From an uncultured Desulfospira sp. (GTDB lineage: Bacteria; Desulfobacterota; Desulfobacteria; Desulfobacterales; Desulfobacteraceae), in NCBI GenBank assembly GCA_963663165.1, contig OY760175.1:2624001-2688000 (forward strand): a stretch of DNA of 64,000 nucleotides. Direction: 5' to 3'. How positions within the stretch are numbered: the first letter of the stretch is position 1; every line of letters starts with the position of its first letter. The position numbers were made by a program, and so were the translations under genes. The notes beneath the pieces are model-generated. The model was not told the DNA's origin and did not search any database. It saw only the letters and a list, made by a program, of their open reading frames with translations. Of the stretch, positions 9,734 to 20,116 are shown piece after piece.

Positions 9734-11062
9734 TTATTTATAGGTTTTCTCGAAGGTCCTCAACTGGACATTGCTGCGTTTAACAGCGCTGTCAAGGGCC
9801 TCCTGGGGAGACTTCTTACCGTTCCAGACCATTTCAAGTTCTTCGTTAATGATGTTGCGGATCTGGACAAAGTAGCCCAGGCGCAGGCCCCTGGAAATCT
9901 TGGTGGGCTCAGCCCGGTTGAGCTGGAGGATCCCGACTTCCTGAAGCGGATCGGATTCATAGTACCCCTTGGCCTTAAGGGCCTCATAGGCATCCACGGT
10001 AATGGGGAAATAGCCGGTCTCTTTGTGCCAGTATTCCTGCATGTCGTTGCCGGCCAGGAACTTGAGGAATTCGGCAACCCCTTTGTACTCTTTCTTTGAA
10101 TGGCCGTTAAGCACCCATAAAGAGGCCCCGCCGATAATGCTGTTCTGGGGAGATGTCACGCCGGCTTCCACCGGAAGGGGCGCCGCATCCCACTTAAAGT
10201 CCTTGATGGCTGTTTTCAGCTTGGCAATGCCGCTGATGGAGTCAATGTAAATGGCCGCGTTCTGGGCAATAAACTCGGATTTGGGGCCCTGGTATTTCTG
10301 GCCGCCGTACATGAACTGGCCGGTGTCGGCCCAGGATTTGAGGCGGGTGATGTGCTTGACAACTTGGGGATTGTTGATCAGAAGCTCACAGTCCAGTCCT
10401 TCATACCCGTTGGCTTTTGACGCAAAGGCCAGGTTGTGAATGGCACTGTAGTTCTCGATCTGGGTCCAGGACTGCCAGGCCGTAACCATGCCTGCCGGGG
10501 CAATTTTGGCATCCACAATCTTTTTGGTGATGTCACCCAGTTCATCCCAGGTCACCGGTTTGGTCTTTGATAACGGCGCAATGCCTGCTTTTTCAAGCAT
10601 GTCCACGTTATAGTACATAATGGGGGTGGAAGAGTTAAAGGGCATGGACATGAGCTTGCCGTCAGCGTTCATGTAATAGGCCAGCACGGCCTGGAGATAC
10701 CGGCTCCAGTCCACGTCAATGCCGGCGTCGGCCATGAGCTGGTATACCGGATAAACCGCTCCGGACAGCATCATGGTCTGGGTGCCCACCTCAAATACCT
10801 GGAGGATATGGGGCTGTTTTTTGGCCCGGAAAGCGGCCACACCGGCGTTCATGGTTTCATCGTAGTTGCCCTTGAAGGTGCCGACCACCTTGTACTCGGA
10901 CTGGGATGCGTTGAATTCCTGGATCATTTTTTCAACGACTTCCCCCCTGGCGCTTCTCATGGCATGCCACCAGTTAATGGTGACGGGTTCGGCAAAGGCA
11001 GACGCCGGAAGGATCAGACAGGCCGCCAAAACCGAAAAAACGAACAATTTCGAAAATTTCAT
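9734..11062 (-). CDS. ugpB: Glycerol-3-phosphate ABC substrate-binding protein
   Basis: Signal peptide; WWHAM, QVFEVGT, MPFNSSTP, IIGGASLW. Confidence 0.88.
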   Translation of the reverse strand: MKFSKLFVFSVLAACLILPASAFAEPVTINWWHAMRSARGEVVEKMIQEFNASQSEYKVVGTFKGNYDETMNAGVAAFRAKKQPHILQVFEVGTQTMMLSGAVYPVYQLMADAGIDVDWSRYLQAVLAYYMNADGKLMSMPFNSSTPIMYYNVDMLEKAGIAPLSKTKPVTWDELGDITKKIVDAKIAPAGMVTAWQSWTQIENYSAIHNLAFASKANGYEGLDCELLINNPQVVKHITRLKSWADTGQFMYGGQKYQGPKSEFIAQNAAIYIDSISGIAKLKTAIKDFKWDAAPLPVEAGVTSPQNSIIGGASLWVLNGHSKKEYKGVAEFLKFLAGNDMQEYWHKETGYFPITVDAYEALKAKGYYESDPLQEVGILQLNRAEPTKISRGLRLGYFVQIRNIINEELEMVWNGKKSPQEALDSAVKRSNVQLRTFEKTYK

Positions 11063-11275
11063 CTCTTTCTCCTCCGCAACAAAAATGTTATCAATGTTTA
11101 TTTCATTGGGTTAGACATCATATTTCGCCTTGTATAACCTATCAAGGTTTAATAGGATCTACAAATTGTGTCAAGAATTTAAATTGAAAACTTATTGCAT
11201 TCTGATTGCTTTTATAGTTTTATGATCGAAATGACGATTCTTCCAGGAATCACAACATCAACACATAGGGAACAC

Positions 11276-12376
11276 ATGGCTGAATTAAACTTAGAGAATG
11301 TGGTCAAAAAATATGGCAAAACTCAGGTGATTCACAACCTGAACCTCCATATCAGAGATAAGGAATTCCTGGTGCTGGTCGGCCCGTCAGGCTGCGGTAA
11401 GTCCACCCTTCTTCGGATGGTGGCCGGACTTGAAGAAATTACAGACGGAACCATTTCCATCAACGGAGAAATCGTCAATGACGTCGCGCCAAAAGACCGG
11501 GGCCTGTCCATGGTTTTCCAGAACTATGCCCTGTACCCCCACATGAATGTGTTTAACAACATGGCCTTTGGACTGAAGCTGAAAAAAGTACCCAAACATG
11601 AGATCAAACAGCGGGTGGAGGAGGTGGCCACCATCCTCGGGCTTGAAAACCTGCTGCTGCGCAAACCCCATGAACTTTCCGGCGGCCAGCGCCAGCGGGT
11701 GGCCATGGGCCGGGCCATGGTGAGAAAGCCCTCTATTTTCCTCTTTGACGAGCCCTTGTCCAACCTGGACGCCAAGCTGCGGATTCAGATGCGGGCCGAA
11801 ATCAAGCTGCTTCACCAGCGGGTTGATTCCACCATCATCTATGTCACCCATGACCAGGTCGAGGCCATGACCCTGGCGGACCGCATCGTTGTTCTCAGGG
11901 ACGGGTACATTGAACAGGTGGGCACCCCCCTGGAATTGTTTTCAAAGCCGGCCAATACCTTTGTGGCCGGGTTTATCGGTACGCCACCCATGAACCTGGC
12001 CGACTGCCGCATCAAAAAAACAGACAACGACACGATTCTTGAATTTGACGGCGGGCTTGAGATCCCGGTGCCGGAAAAAGAGAACGCCCGACTTGAACAT
12101 GGCCAATCCGTTGTCATGGGGCTGCGCTGCGAGGAGATTGTGCCGGCGGACCAGGGCCCGGGAAGGCCAGATTCCGGCCAGCGGTTTTCAGGTGTGGTGC
12201 GCGTGGCAGAACCCCTGGGCAACGAAACCCACCTGCATATTGATATCCAGGGGGTGACCTTCATGTCCAGGGCTGAGGGAAAACAGGTTTTCAATTCCGG
12301 CCAGAAAGTGGATCTGGTGATGAACCTGAATCAAATGCATATCTTTGATGCCAAGACCACCCGCGTCATTTACTAA
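11276..12376 (+). CDS. ugpC: Carbohydrate ABC ATPase (UgpC/MalK type)
   Basis: GPSGCGKST, LSGGQRQR, FDEPLSNLD, TOBE-like C-terminus; start taken at MAELNL. Confidence 0.85.
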   Translation: MAELNLENVVKKYGKTQVIHNLNLHIRDKEFLVLVGPSGCGKSTLLRMVAGLEEITDGTISINGEIVNDVAPKDRGLSMVFQNYALYPHMNVFNNMAFGLKLKKVPKHEIKQRVEEVATILGLENLLLRKPHELSGGQRQRVAMGRAMVRKPSIFLFDEPLSNLDAKLRIQMRAEIKLLHQRVDSTIIYVTHDQVEAMTLADRIVVLRDGYIEQVGTPLELFSKPANTFVAGFIGTPPMNLADCRIKKTDNDTILEFDGGLEIPVPEKENARLEHGQSVVMGLRCEEIVPADQGPGRPDSGQRFSGVVRVAEPLGNETHLHIDIQGVTFMSRAEGKQVFNSGQKVDLVMNLNQMHIFDAKTTRVIY

Positions 12377-12682
12377 CCCCGCCCCCCCAGGCGGCCTGAT
12401 CCGGTGTTTCCAGCCAGTCAATGGAATGAATAAACCCATCTGTAATCGAGAACGGGCTACCCAAGATATTGTGGTGAGATTAGAGCCCTCCATCTAAGCA
12501 CCAATAGTCTTATCTGTCGCTCTGCTATTCCTTAAAAGTTCTGATTTTTTTGCGATCTAAACGACAAAATCTTGCGGATTATCCGCAGCATTTTTTTGTT
12601 GGACCAATAATATCCAGACTTTTATAACAAATCAAACCCAGATCCGTTAGAAGGCACATTTGGGTGTCAAAATGAGGGTGCT

Positions 12683-13110
12683 AAGAGCTGTTTTTGAGGA
12701 TCTTGATAAAAAATTTATTTTAATAACAATGGGTTGATCGTTTCCGATTGGTCCGACTCCATGCCAGACATGTTAATGATCCAACAGACAAATAAGTTTT
12801 TGGTCTGGGCATTGGGGGGCAGGGTCGATTCTGTCCTGTCCAGAGGCCCACAATTGAGGAATCTTCCGCACTGACAGGGAATACAGATACTTGATGCCGC
12901 TACGTTTTTAAAGAAAATTGGTGATTAATTTGATGTTTTCGGCGCCAAAAAGGGTCGATTAAGGCTGTTTTAATGATATGTTTTTAGGCCTTTTTTCTGA
13001 TATTACAATGGGTTGCTGCGGCCCGATCCCAAACCCACCACAAGCCCGACCACAAAACCACAAACCAAACCAACCAAAAAATCCAAACCAAATTTTCAAA
13101 AACAGTTCTT
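12683..13110. mobile_element. Non-coding MITE-like element
   Basis: Terminal IRs AAGAGCTGTTTTTGA / AAGAACTGTTTTTGA (14/15); internal repeats ACAATGGGTTG x2 and AGGGTCGATT x2; no ORF; no clear target duplication. Confidence 0.5.
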
Positions 13111-13136
13111 GTTGTCTTTATTTGCCAGAACAGATT

Positions 13137-13742
13137 TCATGCCTGTGACTCCTTGGTTTTAAGCAAGCTTTGGCCCAGCAAGGATAAAATGTCTTTTTTG
13201 AGGTGATCCATATCCGGGGCCGGTCCGGTGCGGTATGGCAGCGATTCCATGGTGCCCACAACGGTGCCGCAAACCATGGCCGCCAGGACATAGGGGTCAA
13301 GGTCAATAAAAAGCCCTTTGGCGATACCGTCCCTGCACACCCTGACCAGGGGGGTGACGGCCAGGGAGATCTTTTCTTCAAGGGCCACGGTGGCTGACCG
13401 CTGTCCCTGGATAATTTTAAAATAGAGGGGATACTCCCTGTGAAAATCAAATAAGCTGTCCACAAAACTTGAGATCATCTCCATGGGGGAGATGTCCGGG
13501 TTGTAAATTTTACGGGACCCTTCTTCCAAGGGGGAAATCAGCGTTTTGTGTACAAAGACAAGCAACTCCTGTTTGTTTTTAAAATAGTTGTACAGGGTGC
13601 CCTTGGCCATCTTGCTTCTTACTGCAATTTCATCCATGGTCAGCGTGATGTTGTCATGGATCATCCATAGTACAGTCTGGACCACCTGGTCTTTGATCAT
13701 GCTATCCATAATTTTGCGCCGGTTGATGATGGTCGGGCACAT
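13137..13742 (-). CDS. TetR/AcrR family regulator
   Basis: TMDEIA..SKMAKGTLYNYFKNK HTH; start at MCPTII after GGAGG. Confidence 0.85.
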   Translation of the reverse strand: MCPTIINRRKIMDSMIKDQVVQTVLWMIHDNITLTMDEIAVRSKMAKGTLYNYFKNKQELLVFVHKTLISPLEEGSRKIYNPDISPMEMISSFVDSLFDFHREYPLYFKIIQGQRSATVALEEKISLAVTPLVRVCRDGIAKGLFIDLDPYVLAAMVCGTVVGTMESLPYRTGPAPDMDHLKKDILSLLGQSLLKTKESQA

Positions 13743-13775
13743 GGTACCTCCTTCAGGTTGTATTTGAACTATTCT

Positions 13776-13791
13776 TTCAAAATACATGCCA
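13776..13791 (-). promoter_or_regulatory. Degenerate sigma-54 -24/-12 promoter facing the TetR gene
   Basis: TGGCATGTATTTTGAA (GG-N10-GA instead of GC); same position as the perfect site at 31281. Confidence 0.4.
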
Positions 13792-13924
13792 TTTATTCAA
13801 CAAGCTGAATTTAATCGCCAATGCGCCTATTGCACACCCAAAGTACAATATATCGTGTTTATATCTGCGAAATATCGTGTTTTGGACTGTAAAATACGGC
13901 ATATAGAATTTTTGGAGATTCACC

Positions 13925-14090
13925 ATGGACGAAATGACCTTTTTCCTCCGGGCCGCCATGAAAATTTGCGGTAGCCTGGATGAGAACCGGATGATCCGTG
14001 AATGCCATTTGTTCCTGAAACAGTGCCCTTAAGCAGTATGATGCTGTTCACCTATGAAGGGGATAAAGGCGCAATCCGCATGTTATGTCT
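13925..14090 (+). pseudogene. N-terminal remnant of a sigma-54 activator paralogous to 31421..32953
   Basis: MDEMTFFLRAAMKICGSLDENRMIRECH...* then frameshifted MMLFTYEGDKGAIRM; matches ICGSLDENRMIRDC...IMLSTYEQGSRSIRI. Confidence 0.75.
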
Positions 14091-14211
14091 GTGGCCGGGC
14101 GGGGGCCCATCGCTGGAAAACGGGATAAAGAAGGATTAAGGTAAAAGGACAGTCTGTATCCGAACTCACCAAAAACCCCACAAATTTGACGAGGCCACCT
14201 GGCATCTTTTT

Positions 14212-15435
14212 TTAAGCAGTGGGCAAAATAACGGCAAAACATGAGCCTTTGCCGGGCTGGGAAACGGCCTCAATCTGTCCGCCAAATCTCCGGGTGATAA
14301 TAGACGATGAGATGGACAGGCCAAGCCCTGAGCCGGCATTGCCCTTTGTGGAATAAAAAGGGGTAAAAATCCGGGACAGGGTGTCGGGGTCCATGCCGTC
14401 GGCATTGTCCTCCACCTCCATGCACAGATGCGTTTCTGAGGCTTTCAGGCGGACTGTAAGCCGGGGGGCGTCATTGCAGAACTGCCTTGCGTTCAACGCG
14501 TCCACGCCATTTTTCAACAGGTTGAACAGCACCTGCCGGATCAGGGACGGGGTGCCTGTGATTTCCGGCAGATCCGAATCATATTCCCGCAGAATTTTCA
14601 AGTTTTTCAAGGGATTTTCCTTGAGGCAGTCAATGTAATCCACCAGATTGATGGTGCTTTCAACCACGGCCTTCATGTCAATGGGATGGGATTTTTGTTC
14701 ACCCTCCCTGGAAAAATCCATGATATTGCAGATCACATGGTTGATGTGCCTGCCTGAGGTAAAAATGATATCCAGATGTTTTTGTATATCCCGGTTTCCG
14801 GCATGGCGACCGGGGGCTTTCAGGACTGCTCCGTTCTTTTTTGCCGTGATGCTGTTGCATGGGTTTTCCGGATTCAGTTTCATGTCCATGAGCTGGGCGG
14901 CCTGCAAAAGGCCGGACAAGGCACTCTGGATGTCATGGGCGATGCCGCCGGCAAGTCCGCCCACACACATCATCTTTTCCGACTGGATCAGCAGTGTTCT
15001 GATCTTTTCGCCTTCGGTGATGTCCTTGACCAGAAAGGCGAACCCTTCCATATTTCCCTTTGTATCTGCCATGGCATATCCGTGCCAGCGGCAGACGATC
15101 TCCCTGCCGCTGCCCGTGATGCAGTCGCATGAGAAATCAACGGTGTGTCTGCCTTTTTCAAGGGCCTCCACCTGGTCCATGAAAATGTTGCGGCATTCCG
15201 GGGCAAAGAGATGGTCGGCCGGGGCAAGGGTGACGGCGGTCTGTTTTGTATATTCAAAAATGCGTTCCGCCGCAGGGTTCCACTGGGTGACAGCAAGATT
15301 TTTATCCAGGAAAATGGTTCCTGAACTGTTCTGGTCAATAAGATCGGACAGGATTTTGCAACATTCACCCGGTGCGCCCTGCCTTTTGGGGCAGGGGGGG
15401 AGATGTTGCCCTGTGGGAAATTGCAGGATCGTCAT
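14212..15435 (-). CDS. PAS-domain sensor histidine kinase (no adjacent response regulator)
   Basis: WNPAAERIFEY PAS; AGGIAHD H-box; NLLKN; IFTPFYSTK; GSGLGL. Confidence 0.85.
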   Translation of the reverse strand: MTILQFPTGQHLPPCPKRQGAPGECCKILSDLIDQNSSGTIFLDKNLAVTQWNPAAERIFEYTKQTAVTLAPADHLFAPECRNIFMDQVEALEKGRHTVDFSCDCITGSGREIVCRWHGYAMADTKGNMEGFAFLVKDITEGEKIRTLLIQSEKMMCVGGLAGGIAHDIQSALSGLLQAAQLMDMKLNPENPCNSITAKKNGAVLKAPGRHAGNRDIQKHLDIIFTSGRHINHVICNIMDFSREGEQKSHPIDMKAVVESTINLVDYIDCLKENPLKNLKILREYDSDLPEITGTPSLIRQVLFNLLKNGVDALNARQFCNDAPRLTVRLKASETHLCMEVEDNADGMDPDTLSRIFTPFYSTKGNAGSGLGLSISSSIITRRFGGQIEAVSQPGKGSCFAVILPTA

Positions 15436-15452
15436 CGGTTTTTTTTCTCCTT

Positions 15453-15482
15453 ATTGCGCGTCATTGCGCGTCATTGCGCGTC
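15453..15482. repeat. 10-bp tandem repeat x3 spanning the OMF stop codon
   Basis: ATTGCGCGTC repeated three times. Confidence 0.8.
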
Positions 15483-16907
15483 GTCCCAGGCCCAGCCGCC
15501 GCCAAAGGCCTTGTAAAGGGCGATGAAATTGCGGGTCACTGTGCCTTTGGCATCGGCCAGGCTGTTTTCAAATAAACAAAGGGATCTTTGGGCATCCAGG
15601 ACATTGTCGAAATCCACAAGGCCGTTGCGGTATTTGTCCTGGGAGATGGCTACGGCATCCTTTGCCGCGGCCACCGCTGATCCAAGGGCCTTTTGCCGCT
15701 GCTGCTCCCGGGCATATGCCGTGAGCGCGTTGCGGATCTCTTCTATGGCCGACAGCACCGTGCCTTCATACCGGGCAAGCAGCTGTTCCTGTCTGACCTC
15801 CTGTATCCGGATGCTGGCACGGATGGAACCGGCATTGAATATGGGAAGGGTCAGGCCCGGCACAAGGCTCCAGGTCCGGTTGTCGGAGTCAAAAAAGGTG
15901 GCCGATGACAGCGAGGAGAGGCCAAAGGCCCCGGTGAGGGAGAAGCTTGGATAAAGATCAGCCGTGGCCTGTCCGATCCGGGCGGTCTGGGCGGCCAGAT
16001 CGTATTCGGCCTTTTGCACGTCCGGGCGCTGGCGCAGGGTGTTGCCGGGGATCTGTGTCACGATGTCAAAGGGCGGCATCGGCACCGGTTGCTTTGGGGA
16101 AAGACGCTGGTGCAGGCTTCCGGGGATCTGTCCTGTAAGAACCGCAATGCTGTTTATGCTGCTTTCAAGATCGGTGTAGATCTGGGGCAGCGCTGATTTT
16201 GTATCCTCAAGGTTATATCTGGCCTGGGACACGGACAGTTCATCACTTAAACCGGCGGCAAGCTTGGATTCCAGCATCTCCAGAGTGTCGGCCTGGGCAC
16301 GGATGTTCTTTTTTGTCACCCGGATCTGCTCCTGGCAGGTCCGCACTTTGACATAGGCCTTTGCAAGTTCGGCGGCAAGGGAAACCTTCACCGATGCAAG
16401 AGAGGCCTCCTGGCTTTTGACATCGGCTTCTGCCGCCTCCACGGCGCGTCTTGTCCCGCCCCAGATGTCAATTTCCCAGCTTGCGTCAAATCCTGCGCTG
16501 TAGGTGCCGGTCACAAGATCGCCCCCGGTTTGCCCGGCTGCTGTATTGGCAGAGGTGCGCTGCCTTGTGTAGTCGCCCCGGGCAGACAGTTCGGGCCACC
16601 CGTCGGCCCGGTCAATGACCAGCTGGCTGCGCGCCTCAAGCACCTTGGCCCGGGCTTCGCGCAGATCCAGATTCTGGGCAAAGGCCTCATCCATGAGTTG
16701 GGAGAGAACCGGATCATTCAGGCAGGTCCACCAGCCGGAAAGAGCGGCCCCGTCAATGGCGCCGGAACGGCCGCTGCCGTCTGTGCCGCTGTTCAGAAGA
16801 TCGGAACAGTCCGGATCAGGCAGGGCTTGTGCTTTAAAATCCGGGCCCACACTCATGCAGCCGCCCAGCACCAGCACACAACCCAGTAAAAAATAGATGG
16901 TCTTCAT
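15471..16907 (-). CDS. RND outer-membrane lipoprotein (OprM/NodT family)
   Basis: Lipobox LGGC; SWEIDIWG, RPDVQKAE, LYKAFGGGW. Confidence 0.92.
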   Translation of the reverse strand: MKTIYFLLGCVLVLGGCMSVGPDFKAQALPDPDCSDLLNSGTDGSGRSGAIDGAALSGWWTCLNDPVLSQLMDEAFAQNLDLREARAKVLEARSQLVIDRADGWPELSARGDYTRQRTSANTAAGQTGGDLVTGTYSAGFDASWEIDIWGGTRRAVEAAEADVKSQEASLASVKVSLAAELAKAYVKVRTCQEQIRVTKKNIRAQADTLEMLESKLAAGLSDELSVSQARYNLEDTKSALPQIYTDLESSINSIAVLTGQIPGSLHQRLSPKQPVPMPPFDIVTQIPGNTLRQRPDVQKAEYDLAAQTARIGQATADLYPSFSLTGAFGLSSLSSATFFDSDNRTWSLVPGLTLPIFNAGSIRASIRIQEVRQEQLLARYEGTVLSAIEEIRNALTAYAREQQRQKALGSAVAAAKDAVAISQDKYRNGLVDFDNVLDAQRSLCLFENSLADAKGTVTRNFIALYKAFGGGWAWDDAQ

Positions 16908-16947
16908 TTTGTATCTTCCTTCAATCATGGTTTTTCATGGATTGACG

Positions 16948-19900
16948 CTAATCGTCCTGTTTCTGATGGATCTGTTTTTGAGGGCTTTGTTTTGATCCGG
17001 CGGCCCATCCCTTGACACTCTCCCGCATGGCCTGGAACAGCACATACAGGGAAGGGATCAGGGCAATGCCCACCCCTGTGGCCGCCACCATGCCGGCGCA
17101 CACGGTAACGCCCAGCACCTGCCGGCTGGCAGCACCCGATCCCGAGGCAAACACCATGGGAAGGGTTCCCAGGATAAAGGTGAATGCCGTCATGAGAACG
17201 GCTCTGAACCGCTCCTTGAGCCCCTGCAAGGCCGCATCAATGATGCTGTGACCGTCTTCCCGCAGGACCTTGGAGAACTCAACAATGAGGATGGCGTTCT
17301 TGGCGGCAAGCCCCACTAAAAGGATCAGCCCGAGCTGGGCATAGATACTTAAGCTTACGCCCGTAAGTTTAAGCCCGATCAACGCCCCTGTCACCGCCAC
17401 CACAATGGAGAGCATCACCGGTACCGGAATGGTCCAGCTTTCATATTGTGCCACCAGAAACAGAAAGGCAAACACCAGGGCAAGGCCGATGAGTACCGCC
17501 CCCTGGTTCTGGGTCTGTTTTTCCTGGTAGCTCATGCCGGACCAGTCCACGGCCCATCCCTGGGGCAGTTTTTCCTTCACCAGTTTTTCCACGGCGGCAA
17601 TGGCGGTGCCCGAACTTGTCCCCGGCGCCATAATGCCTGTGATGGACGCACTTGAGAACATATTGAACCGTCTGAGCATCCTTGGATTACTCTCCGGCCG
17701 CAGGGTGGCAAGGGCAGAAATCGGTATAAGGTCGCCGGAGGCGCTTTTCACCCGAAGCTGCCCCACATCCGACGCCACCTTGCGAAAGGTCCAGTCCGCC
17801 TGGATGATGGCTTTGTTGGTCTGGGTGCCGATGTTGATGTCATTGATATATCTGGGGCTCAGGTAATTTTGAAGGGCACTGAACACTTCGCCTGCCTCCA
17901 CCCCCATGGACTGGGCCTTGGCACGATCCAGGTCCAGGTAGAGATGGGGGGAATTGGCGGAGAAAGTGCTGAAGGCCACCAGAAACTGGGGCAGCTGGTT
18001 CAGTTCTTTAAGAAAGATCTGTAACGCTGCCTGCAGCTCTTTTGGCGTATGGCCTTTTGTGTCCTGCAGATAAAAGGAGAGACCTGAAGTGATGCCAAGG
18101 CCCATAATGGCCGGGGGTGCAAACACGCTGATGTCAGCCTGGCTGTACCCTGCGGCAATTGCCTGGAATTGTTTCATGATGGCGTCAAGGGAAAGATCCG
18201 GTGTCTTCCGGCTGGACCAGTCATCCAGCATGATAATGACCATGCCTGAGTTTTCGCTGTTGCCACCGATCATGCTGAAGCCTGCGGCCGCCACCGCATT
18301 GTTGACACCGGGCACCTTGCGGAACTGTTGGGCAAGATCTTGGGAAAGTGCCCGGGTACGGCTGATGGCGGCCCCTTCGGGCATCTGAATATTGACAAAT
18401 ACAGCACCCTTGTCCTCATCCGGAATCAGGGATGACTGGCTGGTCAGGTAGACGATATAGGAAAGACCTGCCATCATTGCCACCAGAAGCACGGGTACGG
18501 CAAGCCTTTTTGCCAGCCACAGTGCCATACTCCCGTAAGCGTTGCGACTTTTGTCCAGGGCCGTGTTAAACCATGCAAGCGGCCCGCGATGGTGGGGGTG
18601 GTGTTCCCGCAAAAGGATGGCGCAAAGGGCCGGGCTCAAGGTCAGGGCCACCACCGTGGAAAAAAGCACAGAGGTGCTGATGGTCACGGCAAACTGCCGG
18701 TAAATCTGCCCGGAGAGTCCGGAAACAAACCCGATGGGCACAAAGATGGCCAGAAGTACAAGGGTTGTGGCCACCACCGCCATGCTGACGTCCTGCATGG
18801 CCTGGATGGCGGCTGCTTTCGGCCCCATTTTTCTTGATTCCATGAGGTAATAGACACGTTCCACCACCACAATGGCATCATCCACCACAACGCCGATGGC
18901 AAGGATCAGGGCGAAAAGGCTCAGGGTATTCAGGCTGTATCCCAGTATCAGAAGAACCGAGAACGTGGACATCAGGGACACCGGAATGGCAAGGCTGGGA
19001 ACCAGCGTGGCCCGCCAGTCCTGCAGAAAGATGTAACAGACCAGAACCACCAGGGCAAAGGTGAGAAGCAACGTGGAGACGATTTCATTCACTGATGCGT
19101 TGACGGATGCAGTGGCATCGTAGGAGTTAAGATAGTCCAGGTCTTGGGGAAAGCTTTCTTTCAGGTGTTCGAGCTGGGCTTCAACCCCTTTCATGGTTTC
19201 AAGGGAGTTGGACCCCGGCGTCTGGGTCACGATGATCACTGCAGCCGGATGGCCGTTCAAAACAGCGGCCTGGCTGTAACTCTCTCTTCCAAGTTCAATT
19301 CTGGCCACATCTTCCAGGCGGACGATCTGACCGTTTTCCCCCTTGGCCACCACGATTTTTGAAAAATCATCCGCACTGTTCAACCGGCCCATGGTCTGCA
19401 GCGTGTATACCATCTGGATGGTGTCATTGGTGGGAGAGCTGCCCACAGAACCTATGGAGGCTTGAATGTTCTGGCTTTCAATGGCACCGACAATATCCTG
19501 GGAGTCCAGGCCCAGGGAGAGCATTTTCGGGGCGTCCAGCCAGACCCGCATGCTGTATTCGCTTCCGATCACTGAGACGCCGCCAACGCCCGGGACCCGT
19601 TTGAGCGCATCCTTGATGTGGCTGTGTACATAGTTGCTGATATAGGGAAGATCATAGGTCTGGTTCGGGGAGATGAACCCGAACATGCCAAGGGTTCCGG
19701 ACATCCGGGACTCAATGGTTACGCCCTGATTCACCACGTCCGAGGGCAACTGGGACTCCGCCTGCTGAACCCGGTTCTGCACCTTGACAAGGGCTATGTC
19801 CTCATCTGTTCCCACGGCAAAGGTAACCGTAAGTTCGTAACTGCCCTGGTTGCTGGAGGTGGACTCCATGTAAATCATGTCCTCCACCCCGTTGATCTTT

Positions 19901-20103
19901 TGTTCCAGGGGGATGCCCACGGTGTTGGCAAGCACTTCGGCACTGGCCCCGGGATAGGTGGCACTCACCGTAACCGACGGCGGCGACACTGAAGGGTACT
20001 CCTCAATGGGAAGGGAAAATAAAGAGATCGTGCCTGCCATGGTCAGTACAATGGAGATCACCATGGCAAATCTGGGCCGTTCAATAAAAATACGGGAAAT
20101 CAT
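16948..20103 (-). CDS. HAE1-family RND efflux pump
   Basis: [38 protein letters not shown]; start at MISRIF. Confidence 0.95.
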   Translation of the reverse strand: MISRIFIERPRFAMVISIVLTMAGTISLFSLPIEEYPSVSPPSVTVSATYPGASAEVLANTVGIPLEQKINGVEDMIYMESTSSNQGSYELTVTFAVGTDEDIALVKVQNRVQQAESQLPSDVVNQGVTIESRMSGTLGMFGFISPNQTYDLPYISNYVHSHIKDALKRVPGVGGVSVIGSEYSMRVWLDAPKMLSLGLDSQDIVGAIESQNIQASIGSVGSSPTNDTIQMVYTLQTMGRLNSADDFSKIVVAKGENGQIVRLEDVARIELGRESYSQAAVLNGHPAAVIIVTQTPGSNSLETMKGVEAQLEHLKESFPQDLDYLNSYDATASVNASVNEIVSTLLLTFALVVLVCYIFLQDWRATLVPSLAIPVSLMSTFSVLLILGYSLNTLSLFALILAIGVVVDDAIVVVERVYYLMESRKMGPKAAAIQAMQDVSMAVVATTLVLLAIFVPIGFVSGLSGQIYRQFAVTISTSVLFSTVVALTLSPALCAILLREHHPHHRGPLAWFNTALDKSRNAYGSMALWLAKRLAVPVLLVAMMAGLSYIVYLTSQSSLIPDEDKGAVFVNIQMPEGAAISRTRALSQDLAQQFRKVPGVNNAVAAAGFSMIGGNSENSGMVIIMLDDWSSRKTPDLSLDAIMKQFQAIAAGYSQADISVFAPPAIMGLGITSGLSFYLQDTKGHTPKELQAALQIFLKELNQLPQFLVAFSTFSANSPHLYLDLDRAKAQSMGVEAGEVFSALQNYLSPRYINDINIGTQTNKAIIQADWTFRKVASDVGQLRVKSASGDLIPISALATLRPESNPRMLRRFNMFSSASITGIMAPGTSSGTAIAAVEKLVKEKLPQGWAVDWSGMSYQEKQTQNQGAVLIGLALVFAFLFLVAQYESWTIPVPVMLSIVVAVTGALIGLKLTGVSLSIYAQLGLILLVGLAAKNAILIVEFSKVLREDGHSIIDAALQGLKERFRAVLMTAFTFILGTLPMVFASGSGAASRQVLGVTVCAGMVAATGVGIALIPSLYVLFQAMRESVKGWAAGSKQSPQKQIHQKQDD

Positions 20104-20116
20104 AATTTCATGATCC

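Noticed and set aside
11063..11275. Pho box upstream of the ugp genes
   Set aside because: No convincing 11-bp direct repeat seen
14648..15526. Long antisense ORFs (also 29886..30719, 36957..37637, 39688..40296, 42727..43359)
   Set aside because: Shadow frames of GC-rich genes on the opposite strand with no recognisable motifs
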